Assembly (NCBI GenBank): GCA_009903795.1
Contig: WYER01000031.1
Span: 40,080 to 104,079, forward strand
Reading direction: 5' to 3'
DNA: 64,000 nucleotides
Source of the DNA: Nitrososphaerota archaeon
Lineage (GTDB): Archaea; Thermoproteota; Nitrososphaeria; Conexivisphaerales; UBA164
Shown here: positions 32,739 through 42,375 of the stretch, one piece after another
Position numbering within the stretch: position 1 is the stretch's first letter
Layout of the letters: every line of letters begins with the position of its first letter
The notes under the pieces: generated by a model
Told to the model about the DNA's origin: nothing
What the model saw: only the letters and a program-made list of their open reading frames with translations
The model's database searches: none
Position numbers and translations under genes: made by a program

Positions 32739-33203
32739 ATGAAGAAGGCAATAAGCGACGTGTTAGGCGCGATAATTCTGATTGTAATTGTCATTGCAGG
32801 ATTCTCTTTCTTAGTTTATCCTCTTCTCGTTCGTGAATACTCAGCATCTCAAGGTGCATTAAAACAGAACCAGCAAGCGCAAATAAGCGCTTCAACAATG
32901 ATTCAGCTGGTTTATTACACTGTTTCGCAGAACTCACGAGGCACTCAAATCACTCTATATCTATACAATTACGGGCAGTATCCTTTCACGCCTAACACTA
33001 TTGTAGTGAACATGCCTACTGCGGGAAGTTGGACTATTACGAGCTTCACGATGCAAGACGTGAGCACAGGCGCTTCAGTTTCGCAAATAAGCCCTGGTGA
33101 AAACGTTGAATTAAGTTTTACCGTGCCTTACACGGGTTCAATTCCTTCTCTTTTCAATGTAAGCGTAATCGGGAATAATCAAGTGTTCACGTGGGAGATT
33201 TAA
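32739..33203 (+). CDS. type IV pilin-like protein
   Basis: MKKAISDVLGAIILIVIVIAGFSFLVYPL. gaggtga SD-like 6 nt upstream of the ATG. Confidence 0.7.
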   Translation: MKKAISDVLGAIILIVIVIAGFSFLVYPLLVREYSASQGALKQNQQAQISASTMIQLVYYTVSQNSRGTQITLYLYNYGQYPFTPNTIVVNMPTAGSWTITSFTMQDVSTGASVSQISPGENVELSFTVPYTGSIPSLFNVSVIGNNQVFTWEI

Positions 33204-33208
33204 AAACT

Positions 33209-33535
33209 TCAGGGTCTGTGTGCTAGTTTCTTTTCCAATTCTTTTAATTCTTTTATAGGCTCAAGCTCGTTCGTAACTTTTTCTTTTTCGTTATAATAAA
33301 CATGTTCTGCGTTTATCCATACACGATAATAGTCTACGCGAACCCTCCATTGCTTTGTCCCCTCTTTTTTGTATATCAACCCTGCTTTTTCAAGCGACAC
33401 AAGTAAGTATTGAACGTGCCGTTTAGACAAATTAGTATATCGCGAAATGTAGTTTAAAGTGTCATGCCCTTCTAAAATGGCTAACACAATTTTTATTGCG
33501 TCTATTTCGGTTTTAGAGAGGTTTTTCGCGTGCAT
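33209..33535 (-). CDS. winged-helix DNA-binding protein
   Basis: 108 aa. LNYISRYTNLSKRHVQYLLVSLEKAGLIYKKEG. Confidence 0.5.
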   Translation of the reverse strand: MHAKNLSKTEIDAIKIVLAILEGHDTLNYISRYTNLSKRHVQYLLVSLEKAGLIYKKEGTKQWRVRVDYYRVWINAEHVYYNEKEKVTNELEPIKELKELEKKLAHRP

Positions 33536-33541
33536 TTTTTC

Positions 33542-34669
33542 TCATACGAACTTTATTCTTACCTTTTTTCCTTCTAGTTGTAGTTCTTCTCCATCTTCTA
33601 CGATAATTGGTTGAATGCCACTCACTTTTTTCACAAACATGTATTTTTTTCCATTTATGATTTCGTATTCCACGTCATGTTGCATGAGTATAATTGTTTC
33701 TTCTTCGCTAATTTCAGAAGGAACTTCTTCTTTTGTTTCAAAAGACATTTCTTCTCTTTCAAGCTTTTCAACTTCTTCTGGCTTTTCTTCTGTTTTTTCT
33801 ATTTCAAGTGGTTGTTCTTCTGCGCCTTCAGATAAGAGAGTTTCTTCTGTTTTTTCAAGCTTTTCTTCAGGTTCTTCTTTCTTTTCTTCAAACTCTTCTT
33901 TGATTATTTCGACATGATAAGGTGGCGCTTGATACATGGCAATAATTTTTTCTACGTCCTCCTTGCTAAGTCCCGCGATCTCAAGGTCTCGAGGCTTGAG
34001 TATAGACACGTTTTTTATCGCAAACTCTTTAAAGCTTTCTGCTGTAACGCGTTTCACATTAATGCGGTAGACTAAGAAGAAAATTGCGAAGAATTTCCGT
34101 TCTTCTAAAGATTGCAGGTCTCTGAAAAGAAATATAAGTTCCTCAAGCGAAAGATGGTTATTAAATCCTTGTGCTTTTGCCCTTTGTTCTTCTTCAGCAA
34201 GTTCTTTGAGATCATTTTCAACACTTTCACTAAGACTCCTAATAACAGATCTGATAAGATGAACGTCACGCGCAGGCAATAATTTATCAGCAAACGGAAA
34301 CTTCAGTATTATGTGAAATTTATCAAGCGCTGTTAAGTCTGAACGCTTTACGTTTTCCTCGCGAATCAGTTCATAAAAGTTTTTAGGCTTTTTCTCGAAA
34401 ACAAAAGCTTTGAATGTTCTCGGCTTTCCTTCTTTTTCATAAAGCTCTTTCACTGCACGAAGCCTTCTTATGCCTACAAAAACTTTGTATTTATTCCCGT
34501 CCTTGTAAGCGTAACCGGGCATTAACTGTCCTACTTCGCGAATGCTTTCAACCAAGTCAGAAACGTCGTAATAAACTCTGATTTGCGCTTCTTCGTCTTC
34601 TTCTACGCTTTCAATCGGGAGCTCTTTATATTCAAAAGGCTCTAAGTTTTCGTTCATGCCATCTTCCAC
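33542..34669 (-). CDS. ParB/Srx-like nuclease-domain protein with an E/K-rich C-terminal half
   Basis: VESIREVGQLMPGYAY...VFVGIRRLRAVKEL (GxRRxRA-type box). Low-complexity EEKKEEPEEKLEKTEE region. Confidence 0.55.
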   Translation of the reverse strand: MEDGMNENLEPFEYKELPIESVEEDEEAQIRVYYDVSDLVESIREVGQLMPGYAYKDGNKYKVFVGIRRLRAVKELYEKEGKPRTFKAFVFEKKPKNFYELIREENVKRSDLTALDKFHIILKFPFADKLLPARDVHLIRSVIRSLSESVENDLKELAEEEQRAKAQGFNNHLSLEELIFLFRDLQSLEERKFFAIFFLVYRINVKRVTAESFKEFAIKNVSILKPRDLEIAGLSKEDVEKIIAMYQAPPYHVEIIKEEFEEKKEEPEEKLEKTEETLLSEGAEEQPLEIEKTEEKPEEVEKLEREEMSFETKEEVPSEISEEETIILMQHDVEYEIINGKKYMFVKKVSGIQPIIVEDGEELQLEGKKVRIKFV

Positions 34670-35301
34670 CTCCTTAATACTTTTTTCATAACCAACCGAG
34701 CGATCGTAAGGCTTTTCTTTCCCATAAAAGAAGGATCTTGAAGCGCTTTCGCATATTCTTGATAATACTCTTTTTTCAACGCGTCCTGTATATCTTTTGA
34801 GCTTTCGAGAAGGTCATCTGGCAAAACTTTTTCAAAGGGAACGATCTTTGAGCGCCTAGCTTTTCTTAAACCGTTTTGATAACATAAGGAATAAAGCTTG
34901 TGAGCCGTCATTTCAATTCCTTTTTGTCTTAAATATTGCAAGACCTTCTCGACAGGATATCCGTGAGCGTAAAGAGAAACTGCTAACTTCAAAGGAAGCG
35001 CCCCGTAAACTTTCTTCGCGTCCCTCACAATTACTTCCTTTTCTACCTCAGAAATGTCCGTGAAGAAAGAATTAAGCTCCCTCCAAAGCTCTCCGTCGTT
35101 CCCGCTCGATAAAATGTTAGGATTGTAATAAGGTCTTCTCTTGTGTATAAGCTCGTACTCTCGGTAATTTAGCACGGGAGGTGATGGGGAATGATCTTCG
35201 TACGACATGCTTAATAATGCAAAAGGGCTTTTTAAACCCCCGTCAAGGTAATAATCGCATGCCAAAGAAATATTATAAATATTATATTGCATATAAATCA
35301 T
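34654..35301 (-). CDS. hypothetical protein
   Basis: 215 aa ORF, translationally coupled to the ParB-like gene (16 nt overlap). Confidence 0.4.
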   Translation of the reverse strand: MIYMQYNIYNISLACDYYLDGGLKSPFALLSMSYEDHSPSPPVLNYREYELIHKRRPYYNPNILSSGNDGELWRELNSFFTDISEVEKEVIVRDAKKVYGALPLKLAVSLYAHGYPVEKVLQYLRQKGIEMTAHKLYSLCYQNGLRKARRSKIVPFEKVLPDDLLESSKDIQDALKKEYYQEYAKALQDPSFMGKKSLTIARLVMKKVLRRWKMA

Positions 35302-35401
35302 ATATTATTCACTTTATATAACATTTTCGCTATAGCATTTTTTGACTTTTTGTATATTTTTTATAATAAAGTTTATAAAGTGCAATATTTAATAGAATAC
35401 A

Positions 35402-35794
35402 ATGGCAAGAGGTTATACATCAATTGTTATTTCAAATGAGAATAAAAAGAGGATTGAAGAGTATCTCAAATCAAAATACCCAGAATTCCCGCCTCCGATT
35501 TCAACATTCATTTCGAAAGTTGTAATCGATTACATTGAAAAGGACGAAGTGATGCGACAATACGGTCCATACATGTCCTTTGTCAGCAACAATGAGAACA
35601 CAATATTCATCAAGGACGCAAAGAACGACAGGGTAGTTCCAGTAAGGGTCGTGATTAAAGAGAACGGGCAGTTTGATTTGTTCTGCGAATTTGACGAGCG
35701 AAACGACTGCATGCACGTGGGCTTTGTTTTTGCGCTTCCTGAGTTCTATAAAATCCTGAAAGAGAAAGGAGTAAAGCCGAGATCTTTAAAATAA
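35402..35794 (+). CDS. hypothetical protein, possible RHH-like N-terminus
   Basis: 130 aa. tttataaa about 27 nt upstream. MARGYTSIVISNENKKRIEEYL. Confidence 0.35.
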   Translation: MARGYTSIVISNENKKRIEEYLKSKYPEFPPPISTFISKVVIDYIEKDEVMRQYGPYMSFVSNNENTIFIKDAKNDRVVPVRVVIKENGQFDLFCEFDERNDCMHVGFVFALPEFYKILKEKGVKPRSLK

Positions 35795-35876
35795 AAGCGA
35801 AATAATATTTTTTTGGTTTAGATTTTGAAAGCTACTACGCAATCTTTCATAAAGCTTTTTATTTTGCTTTGTGCGA

Positions 35877-36125
35877 TTAAAGAACAATGAGAGGGAAAAG
35901 GTACTTGAAAGATAATATCCCGTCATGAGAAACTATTTTCGATGAAAGCTCTGCGCTGTTTAGTGCAACCGTTATTGCAAGTATTGCGGTTAACAAAAAA
36001 GATAAAACTGCTCCTGGACCTGCTTGATTTATCACTGTCCCAGCTAGTACAAATATTCCGGCTCCTATTATGTTACCAAGTCCTATAGCAGTCGCTTGCC
36101 AGAGGCTTATTTGTTTTTTATTCAA
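35877..36125 (-). pseudogene. N-terminal stub of an APC-family amino-acid permease
   Basis: LWQATAIGLGNIIGAGIFVLAGTVINQAGPGAVLSFLLTAILAITVALNSAELSS, then terminates after about 80 codons. Family members typically exceed 400 aa. Confidence 0.6.
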
Positions 36126-36172
36126 TAAATTAATATTTTATAAGGGAAGAATAAAAACCTAGCACTCAAAAT

Positions 36173-36247
36173 GGGGCCGGTGGGATTTGAACCCACGACC
36201 GCCAGCGCCCCAGGCTGGCATCCTAGACCAGGCTAGACGACGGCCCC
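36173..36247 (-). tRNA. tRNA-Pro, anticodon GGG
   Basis: Hand fold of the reverse complement: GGGGCCG/CGGCCCC acceptor stem, CCAGC-CTGGGGC-GCTGG anticodon arm, GTGGG-TTCAAAT-CCCAC T arm. No encoded CCA. Confidence 0.9.
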
Positions 36248-37375
36248 TCACGCTCATTTGTTTTATTTAAGTTTAAATCCTTAACTAATATAGCGGTTAA
36301 TGTTTAACATTAAACCGTTAAAAATTAACTTCGTTAAAACAAACCTGAATACGATTTTGAATAAATACGAAAAACCTTTAATTTATTATTATATTTATTA
36401 TTATGTAAATATAAAGATAAAGATATTTTACTGTACCATTGACTTAATCATATAACTTGTTCGCTTCACTCATGCAATCAACAAAATTGGCTTCATTCTA
36501 AAAGCTGATCATTGGAGATTGGAACTGAACCAAATTCCTAAAAAACATAATTATATAAGAACCTGACGCTTTGAACCAGTTCTTTAGGTGCTCAAATTTT
36601 GGCTTTCTGCGCGTTCTTAAAAGCTTCTATCCTGTACTTTATATGTTCATTAATCTTTTTAAGGTTCTTCAGGCTCTGTTCATATACCACATTGATTTAC
36701 CCTTGCAAACATCATACCAAAGGCTCCTTCTGTGTAAAAAAGTCTTCTTACCATACACACTTTCTTATGAAAAAGCATGATGAAGTTATGATGCTAATTT
36801 AAATGTAATTTAGTAACGCTTTTAGTTGAGATTCATATGCTAACATTAGCCAAGCTTATCTAACTTTTTATTTCAGTTTTATTAATAAAGATAGATTCAA
36901 CATGGTGCTTATCAACATGAAAGTAATCTAATACAAAAGTATACTTCTGAATTCATTTCTATATCTCTAAACGGCTTCTCTTGATTATGAACCCAATGAC
37001 GTAAGATGCCCGCAAGCTTAAACTAAATAAATGAGATAAAGTTCTGTTGGGGTCCTTTTTCCAGTTTTCAAATAATTTGCTTTGCTAGAAAAAGGGCGCC
37101 GCTAAAAATAAATTTTAAGTTAACGGCACTTTTTATAAAGACTATAACAACACTATACGTTTTATCGACGTTTACAACATAGTTGATACTTAATGATTCA
37201 GCAAGCTCATTGTAAAAAATAGAGATAGTTAGATACGCTGTACAGCAAAAAGAGAATAAAACCGTGTATTGTACAACAAAGCAGTTTTATCTCTTTAATT
37301 TTATTTATATTGAAATAAAATTTCTGTATAAAACCCAGATAAATTAAAAAAACACAAATAAAAACCAACATTAAT

Positions 37376-38131
37376 ATGAAATTTAAAGCTATTTTTAAAA
37401 TTCCTCAAGAAAAAAGCTCTGCAGAAATTCTAACTTTTTCTTTTTTGCTAGCTATTGTATCTTCTTTAAATTTTAAATTGATGAATTTTTTTATAGCGTT
37501 ATTTTCATACTTTATGTTCTTATTAACATTTGACTACCTTTTTAAAAATTCATCAAACCCATTTAAGACCAATTACATGTTCGTGCTTTTTTTAGATGCC
37601 TTACCAGTGTTTTTAGCTTTTTTGTTAATTGGTATAAAAGTCATTTTAGGCCTTTTGCCATCTCTGGTGTGTATCGGCTTATACTTCAATTATGCTTTTA
37701 AAAGAGAAGGCAGGTCTATAAAAGCTATTGTCGTAGGTTCATCTATAATTTCAGGATTATATTATTATTTTTCTTCGATCTTTGGAACGCTTACTTTAGA
37801 AAGAATTCTAATAGGCTTTATATTTTTTATTTATAATGCTGCGCAAGTCCTTTATGTAGAAAGCAAGTTGAACTTTAGACATGTGAATCCTGTGTACCCG
37901 TTAATCATTTTTTTGACCAGCTTTCTAGCTATTATTTTTCTTCCTTTTTATTTTATAGTGCCACTATTTGAACCCTTAATAAAGCTATCAGCAAACGTCT
38001 TTAAAAACACTAAAATCAGCAAATACGAAGATATAAACTTGTTGGGAGTAAAAGAGTTTGCCAGATACATTTTATTTATTTTTATTTTATCTTTTCTGGT
38101 GCTTTATTCAAATTTTTTATTATATAAATAG
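37376..38131 (+). CDS. polytopic membrane protein, unknown function
   Basis: 251 aa, very hydrophobic and A+T-rich. Confidence 0.45.
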   Translation: MKFKAIFKIPQEKSSAEILTFSFLLAIVSSLNFKLMNFFIALFSYFMFLLTFDYLFKNSSNPFKTNYMFVLFLDALPVFLAFLLIGIKVILGLLPSLVCIGLYFNYAFKREGRSIKAIVVGSSIISGLYYYFSSIFGTLTLERILIGFIFFIYNAAQVLYVESKLNFRHVNPVYPLIIFLTSFLAIIFLPFYFIVPLFEPLIKLSANVFKNTKISKYEDINLLGVKEFARYILFIFILSFLVLYSNFLLYK

Positions 38132-38866
38132 CTTTATCTGTTCTGGATCTTTCATAAGAGCTGTACCTATCAAAAACGCATCAGCTCCGCTTTCACGAAG
38201 CCTTATTATTTGAGATCTTTCTTGTATGCCACTTTCAGCAACCTTTATAGATTTAACGGGAGCAATTTTCAAAAGCTCAGCAACTCTGTCAACATTAACA
38301 GTCAAAGAATTAAGATCTCTTGCGTTTATTCCTATCATTTCAGCGCAACACTCGTTTGCAACATTTAGATCTTTCTCATTCTCCACTTCTACAAGCGGCA
38401 CCATACCGTAACTTTTTATATAATCATAAAGAAAGCAAAGCTCATCATATTCCAATATCTTGACTATCAGCAGGACGGCATCAGCACCTATGCGGTAAGC
38501 AGTATCTACCTGAGCCTCTGTAACTACAAAATCTTTGAAAAGCAAAGGCAATTTTACATTTCTTGAAATAGCTTCAAAAGTCTCATAGCTTCCTGAAAAG
38601 TAAAGAGGTTCTGTCAGTATGCTAAGAGCTGCAGCTCCAAATCTTTCCATTAATTTTGCATACTCTAAAGGATCTCTGTCTTGTCTAAATCCTGAAGGGG
38701 AACTTCTTTTAAACTCTGCTATTATAGGGTTAAGTTTTTCCTCTTTCTTTTTTAGTATGCTGCGCTTAATATCGTAAAGGTTCCTTTCTCTGTCTTTTAT
38801 TACAGCTTTCCTTTTTTTAGCGGCTTTAACTACTTCAGCAAGCCAACCATTAAGCTCTTTTGGCAT
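38120..38866 (-). CDS. trpC: indole-3-glycerol-phosphate synthase
   Basis: IIAEFKRSSPSG...LSILTEP.YF.GS...LPLLFKDF. Confidence 0.85.
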   Translation of the reverse strand: MPKELNGWLAEVVKAAKKRKAVIKDRERNLYDIKRSILKKKEEKLNPIIAEFKRSSPSGFRQDRDPLEYAKLMERFGAAALSILTEPLYFSGSYETFEAISRNVKLPLLFKDFVVTEAQVDTAYRIGADAVLLIVKILEYDELCFLYDYIKSYGMVPLVEVENEKDLNVANECCAEMIGINARDLNSLTVNVDRVAELLKIAPVKSIKVAESGIQERSQIIRLRESGADAFLIGTALMKDPEQIKLFI

Positions 38867-38870
38867 TTCT

Positions 38871-39455
38871 TTACACCTTATTGAAAAAGTTATAGAGGAT
38901 TTTCTTTCCTACTGGGGTTCCTATGCTTTCAGGATGAAACTGGGTTCCGTAAATCCTGTATTCTTGATGATGAATGCCCATCACTTCACCATCTTCCAAG
39001 CTTACAGCATCTACTTCTAGAGGCTGTTTTACATTTTCAACAACAAGGCTGTGGTATCTTGTTGCAAGAAACTCTGAATTTATTCCATAATATAGAGGGG
39101 AATTAGAAAAATGCCTTATCCTGCTTATCTTTCCATGCATTATTTTATTTGCTTTTCTTATGTTTGCCCCATAAGCTATTCCTATGGCTTGATGACCAAA
39201 ACAAACCCCAAGCAATGGAATTCTTCTTCCAACAACTTTTATAAGATCTATAACTATTCCAGCGTCTTCTTTTTTGTCCGGCGAACCCGGTCCAGGGGAT
39301 ATTATAATTCTGTCAGGGTTGATTCTATCAACGGCTTTAACTGATATTTCATCATTTCTGACCACTATTGGAACGCTTCCAAGTTCTCCTACATACTGCG
39401 CTATATTATAAACAAAGCTGTCGTAATTATCGATTATAAGAGTTATGTCGCTCAT
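38871..39455 (-). CDS. trpG: anthranilate synthase component II (glutamine amidotransferase)
   Basis: [10 protein letters not shown]...[10 protein letters not shown]...FHPES. Confidence 0.85.
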   Translation of the reverse strand: MSDITLIIDNYDSFVYNIAQYVGELGSVPIVVRNDEISVKAVDRINPDRIIISPGPGSPDKKEDAGIVIDLIKVVGRRIPLLGVCFGHQAIGIAYGANIRKANKIMHGKISRIRHFSNSPLYYGINSEFLATRYHSLVVENVKQPLEVDAVSLEDGEVMGIHHQEYRIYGTQFHPESIGTPVGKKILYNFFNKV

Positions 39456-40767
39456 TCGTTATCACCTGCTGCAATTCTTAAAGCTTTCATTTTGAATTCC
39501 GTCTCCCAGTATTCGTTCTCAGGAACCGAATCGTAAACTATACCAGCTCCTGCTTGAATCCTCATCACGTCTTTGTTAAAGAAGGCGCTCCTGATCGAAA
39601 TAGCAAATTCTGCATCTCCATTAGATGAAAAGAAGCCAACAGCCCCAGCATATGGTCCACGTTTATAAGGTTCTACATCTTCTATAACGTTCATGGCGTA
39701 TGGCTTTGGAGCGCCACTAACTGTTCCAGCCGGAAAAGTGGCTTTTAAAACATCAGGCGCGTTTATGTTTTTTCTTATCGTACCGATTACTCTGCTTACC
39801 ATATGCTGCACATGGCTGTACTTTTCTACGTACATAAGGTCTGGCACTTTTACAGATCCATAATAAGAAACCTTACCCACATCGTTTCTTGCAAGGTCTA
39901 CTAGCATTAAATGTTCCGCCCTTTCTTTTTCTGATTTTACCAGCTCTTTTTCAAACCTAAAATCTTCTTCTAAATTTTTTCCACGAGGTCTTGAACCAGC
40001 TATAGGATAGACTTCAATGACTCCATCCTGAAGGCTGAAAAGCGTTTCTGGACTGGCTCCTGCTAGCTTTCTTTCTCCAAACTTAAGGTAGTACATATAA
40101 GGAGAAGGATTTATAGCCCTTAACTTCTTATAAAACACAAAAGGATCCCACTAAAAGTATAAGAATAGAATCTAGAAATAACTGCCTGGAAAACATAACC
40201 AGAAACAATTTTTTCGTGAACATACTTTACAGTTTTTTCGAATTCACTCTTTTTAATCGATTCCAGTTCTAGCTTTGCCTTAAAATCTTCATCTTCTTCG
40301 CTTTTAGCGTTTGGCTCTTCACCATAAATGTAAACGTTTTCTTGATAATTATCATATATTATTATATTCTTAGGAATAAAGAACTCAAAATCAGGCCACG
40401 GCTCTGCTTCAGGCTTATCGTCCCTTAAACTTTCCCAATATCTTACAGCATCGTAACTCACGTAACCTATAGGTCCCCCTTTGTACCTGCCCGGAAAAGG
40501 TATTTCCTGAGATCTAGCAATGAGTTCATTAAAAACTTCTACAGGATCATAAAAATCCATTGAAAAAGTTCCGAAGGTCTTTCCTTTTTTCCCACTTATT
40601 CTTTCTTTTGCACCCCAAGCTATTATTGAATACCTGGTAAGGTGTTCAGGCCCTTTAACGCTTTCTAGAAGCGCTGCAGTTTCATTCTCTTTTTCTATGT
40701 ATGAAAAAAGTTTGTAAGGTTCAGGCATTTGAGAGATCTTCTTTTCAATTAGACTCATGTTTAACAA
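39452..40767 (-). pseudogene. trpE: anthranilate synthase component I, split by a -1 frameshift
   Basis: ORFs 40120-40767 and 39452-40138. Adding one G to the coding-strand GGG run (plus-strand ccc at 40147-40149) restores ...[24 protein letters not shown]. Confidence 0.75.
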
Positions 40768-41335
40768 CCTCTATTATTCGTTTCATTTTTTGTTCATCTT
40801 TTTTTCCTGGTGTAGATTCAATCCCGCTTGAAACGTCTATCCAGGCTGGATTTAACTTAAGATAATCTTGAACGTTATCCGGCGTAATGCCGCCTCCAAG
40901 TCCTGCATCAGGCCTAATATTAAGTAGCTCTTTTGCTATTTCAAGATCAACCTTAGTGCCCTTTTTTGCTGAATCTATAAGTGGAACCGCGTTATGAACT
41001 TTATCGATCAGCCTGATATAGTTTAGCCCTTCTTTTGATGAGGGGACATAGAGTATAAATTTTGCTGAATAAGAATTTAACTCTTCAAGCTCATTATTTT
41101 CAAGAACTTTGTGGATCTGTATATAATCAGCAATGTCAAGAACGTCAATAAAATTCATTTCAAGCTTAACAGCCACAACGGGAACTTTCACCACGCTCTT
41201 AGCTTTAGCAATAATATATGGCGCAACATACCGTATTTGTCCTGGTTGAGCTATAAAGCCAAGCATGTCTGCACCAAGAGTCTCCGCTTTTATTGCATCT
41301 TCTAAGTTAGTGATGCCGCAGAACTTCACTTTCAT
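40745..41335 (-). CDS. trpF: phosphoribosylanthranilate isomerase
   Basis: MKVKFCGITNLEDA... Confidence 0.8.
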   Translation of the reverse strand: MKVKFCGITNLEDAIKAETLGADMLGFIAQPGQIRYVAPYIIAKAKSVVKVPVVAVKLEMNFIDVLDIADYIQIHKVLENNELEELNSYSAKFILYVPSSKEGLNYIRLIDKVHNAVPLIDSAKKGTKVDLEIAKELLNIRPDAGLGGGITPDNVQDYLKLNPAWIDVSSGIESTPGKKDEQKMKRIIEVVKHESN

Positions 41336-42375
41336 TACACCATCTCCTCAAACTTTTGAAGTTTGTCGGTTATGCCATGTGAAGATATGACGCCTTTTAG
41401 CGTTTCTAAGCCGTTTTCCATGAGTTGATCTGCAAGGTCCAGACCATCTGAAACGCTCTTAACTCTTTCTGAAGCTAAAAGGGCTATCGCAGCGTTTACA
41501 GATACAAACTTTCTTATTGCGATATCTTTTCCTTTTAACGCTTTAACAAATCTTAACGCAGATTCTTCAGGGCTATTAACTTTTAACATATCAAGTCTTA
41601 TAGGCTCCCTGAGCCTTAAATCTTCAATCGTAATGTTAAAACTTTCATAGCCTTTTCTTTTGACTTTTATTACTGATGTTTTACCTGATACTGATACCTC
41701 ATCAATACCAGGATGACCGTGAACAAGGTATATGTTTTCAGCTCCAAGTTTCACTAAAGCTTCTGCAATAGGCACCATAAATTTGGTTGAAAATACTCCC
41801 ACTACCTGTCTTTTGACTCCTGCAGGGTTAGTTAGCGGTCCTAGCATGTTAAAAATCGTCCTTATGCCTAGAGCTTTTCTAACTGGCGCAACGTTTTTCA
41901 TAGAAGGATGATAAAGCTGGGCAAAAAGAAAGACAAAACCGGAATTCCGCAAAAGATTTTCGGCTTCTTCTGGTCTTACTATTATGTTGTAACCAAGTGC
42001 TTCAAGAAAATCAGCCGAACCGCTCCTGCTACTTACTCCTCTATTACCGTGTTTTGCAACGTTGATAACTTTGCTTATTATTATTGCTGAAGCGGTGCTC
42101 GCGTTAAATGTTCCGAAGCCGTCTCCTCCTGTGCCAGCGGTATCAACGGCATCATACCACGGGCCTACCCTTATAGAAGAATTTCTCATAGAAATAGCGA
42201 AGCCAGCTATTTCGTCAGGTGATTCTCCTTTTGCTCTTAAAGCTACCAGTATGGCTGAGGTTTGGGCTTCTGTTAGTTCTCCCTTAATTATGGCTGAAGC
42301 TATTTCTGAAGATTCTGTTATGCTCAAGTCCTTCCCTTTAAGAAGCATTTCAAGCATTTCACTCAAATTCATCAA
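41335..42375 (-). CDS. trpD: anthranilate phosphoribosyltransferase
   Basis: VDTAGTGGDG.GTFN.ST...KHGNR. motifs. Confidence 0.85.
   Translation of the reverse strand: MMNLSEMLEMLLKGKDLSITESSEIASAIIKGELTEAQTSAILVALRAKGESPDEIAGFAISMRNSSIRVGPWYDAVDTAGTGGDGFGTFNASTASAIIISKVINVAKHGNRGVSSRSGSADFLEALGYNIIVRPEEAENLLRNSGFVFLFAQLYHPSMKNVAPVRKALGIRTIFNMLGPLTNPAGVKRQVVGVFSTKFMVPIAEALVKLGAENIYLVHGHPGIDEVSVSGKTSVIKVKRKGYESFNITIEDLRLREPIRLDMLKVNSPEESALRFVKALKGKDIAIRKFVSVNAAIALLASERVKSVSDGLDLADQLMENGLETLKGVISSHGITDKLQKFEEMV

Noticed and set aside
2391-35880. A PilB/FlaI-type secretion ATPase or prepilin peptidase hidden among the unknown ORFs
   Set aside because: I scanned the supplied translations for Walker A/B and peptidase-like polytopic Asp motifs. 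The only P-loops are the two small kinase-like proteins and the coupling-protein-like ATPase. Absence can only be stated for this window and at motif level.
36173-36247. tRNA-Pro as the attachment site of the accessory island
   Set aside because: A permease stub (35877-36125) and its promoter lie between the tRNA 3' end and the island. I found no tRNA-derived direct repeat or integrase in the window. The adjacency may be coincidental.
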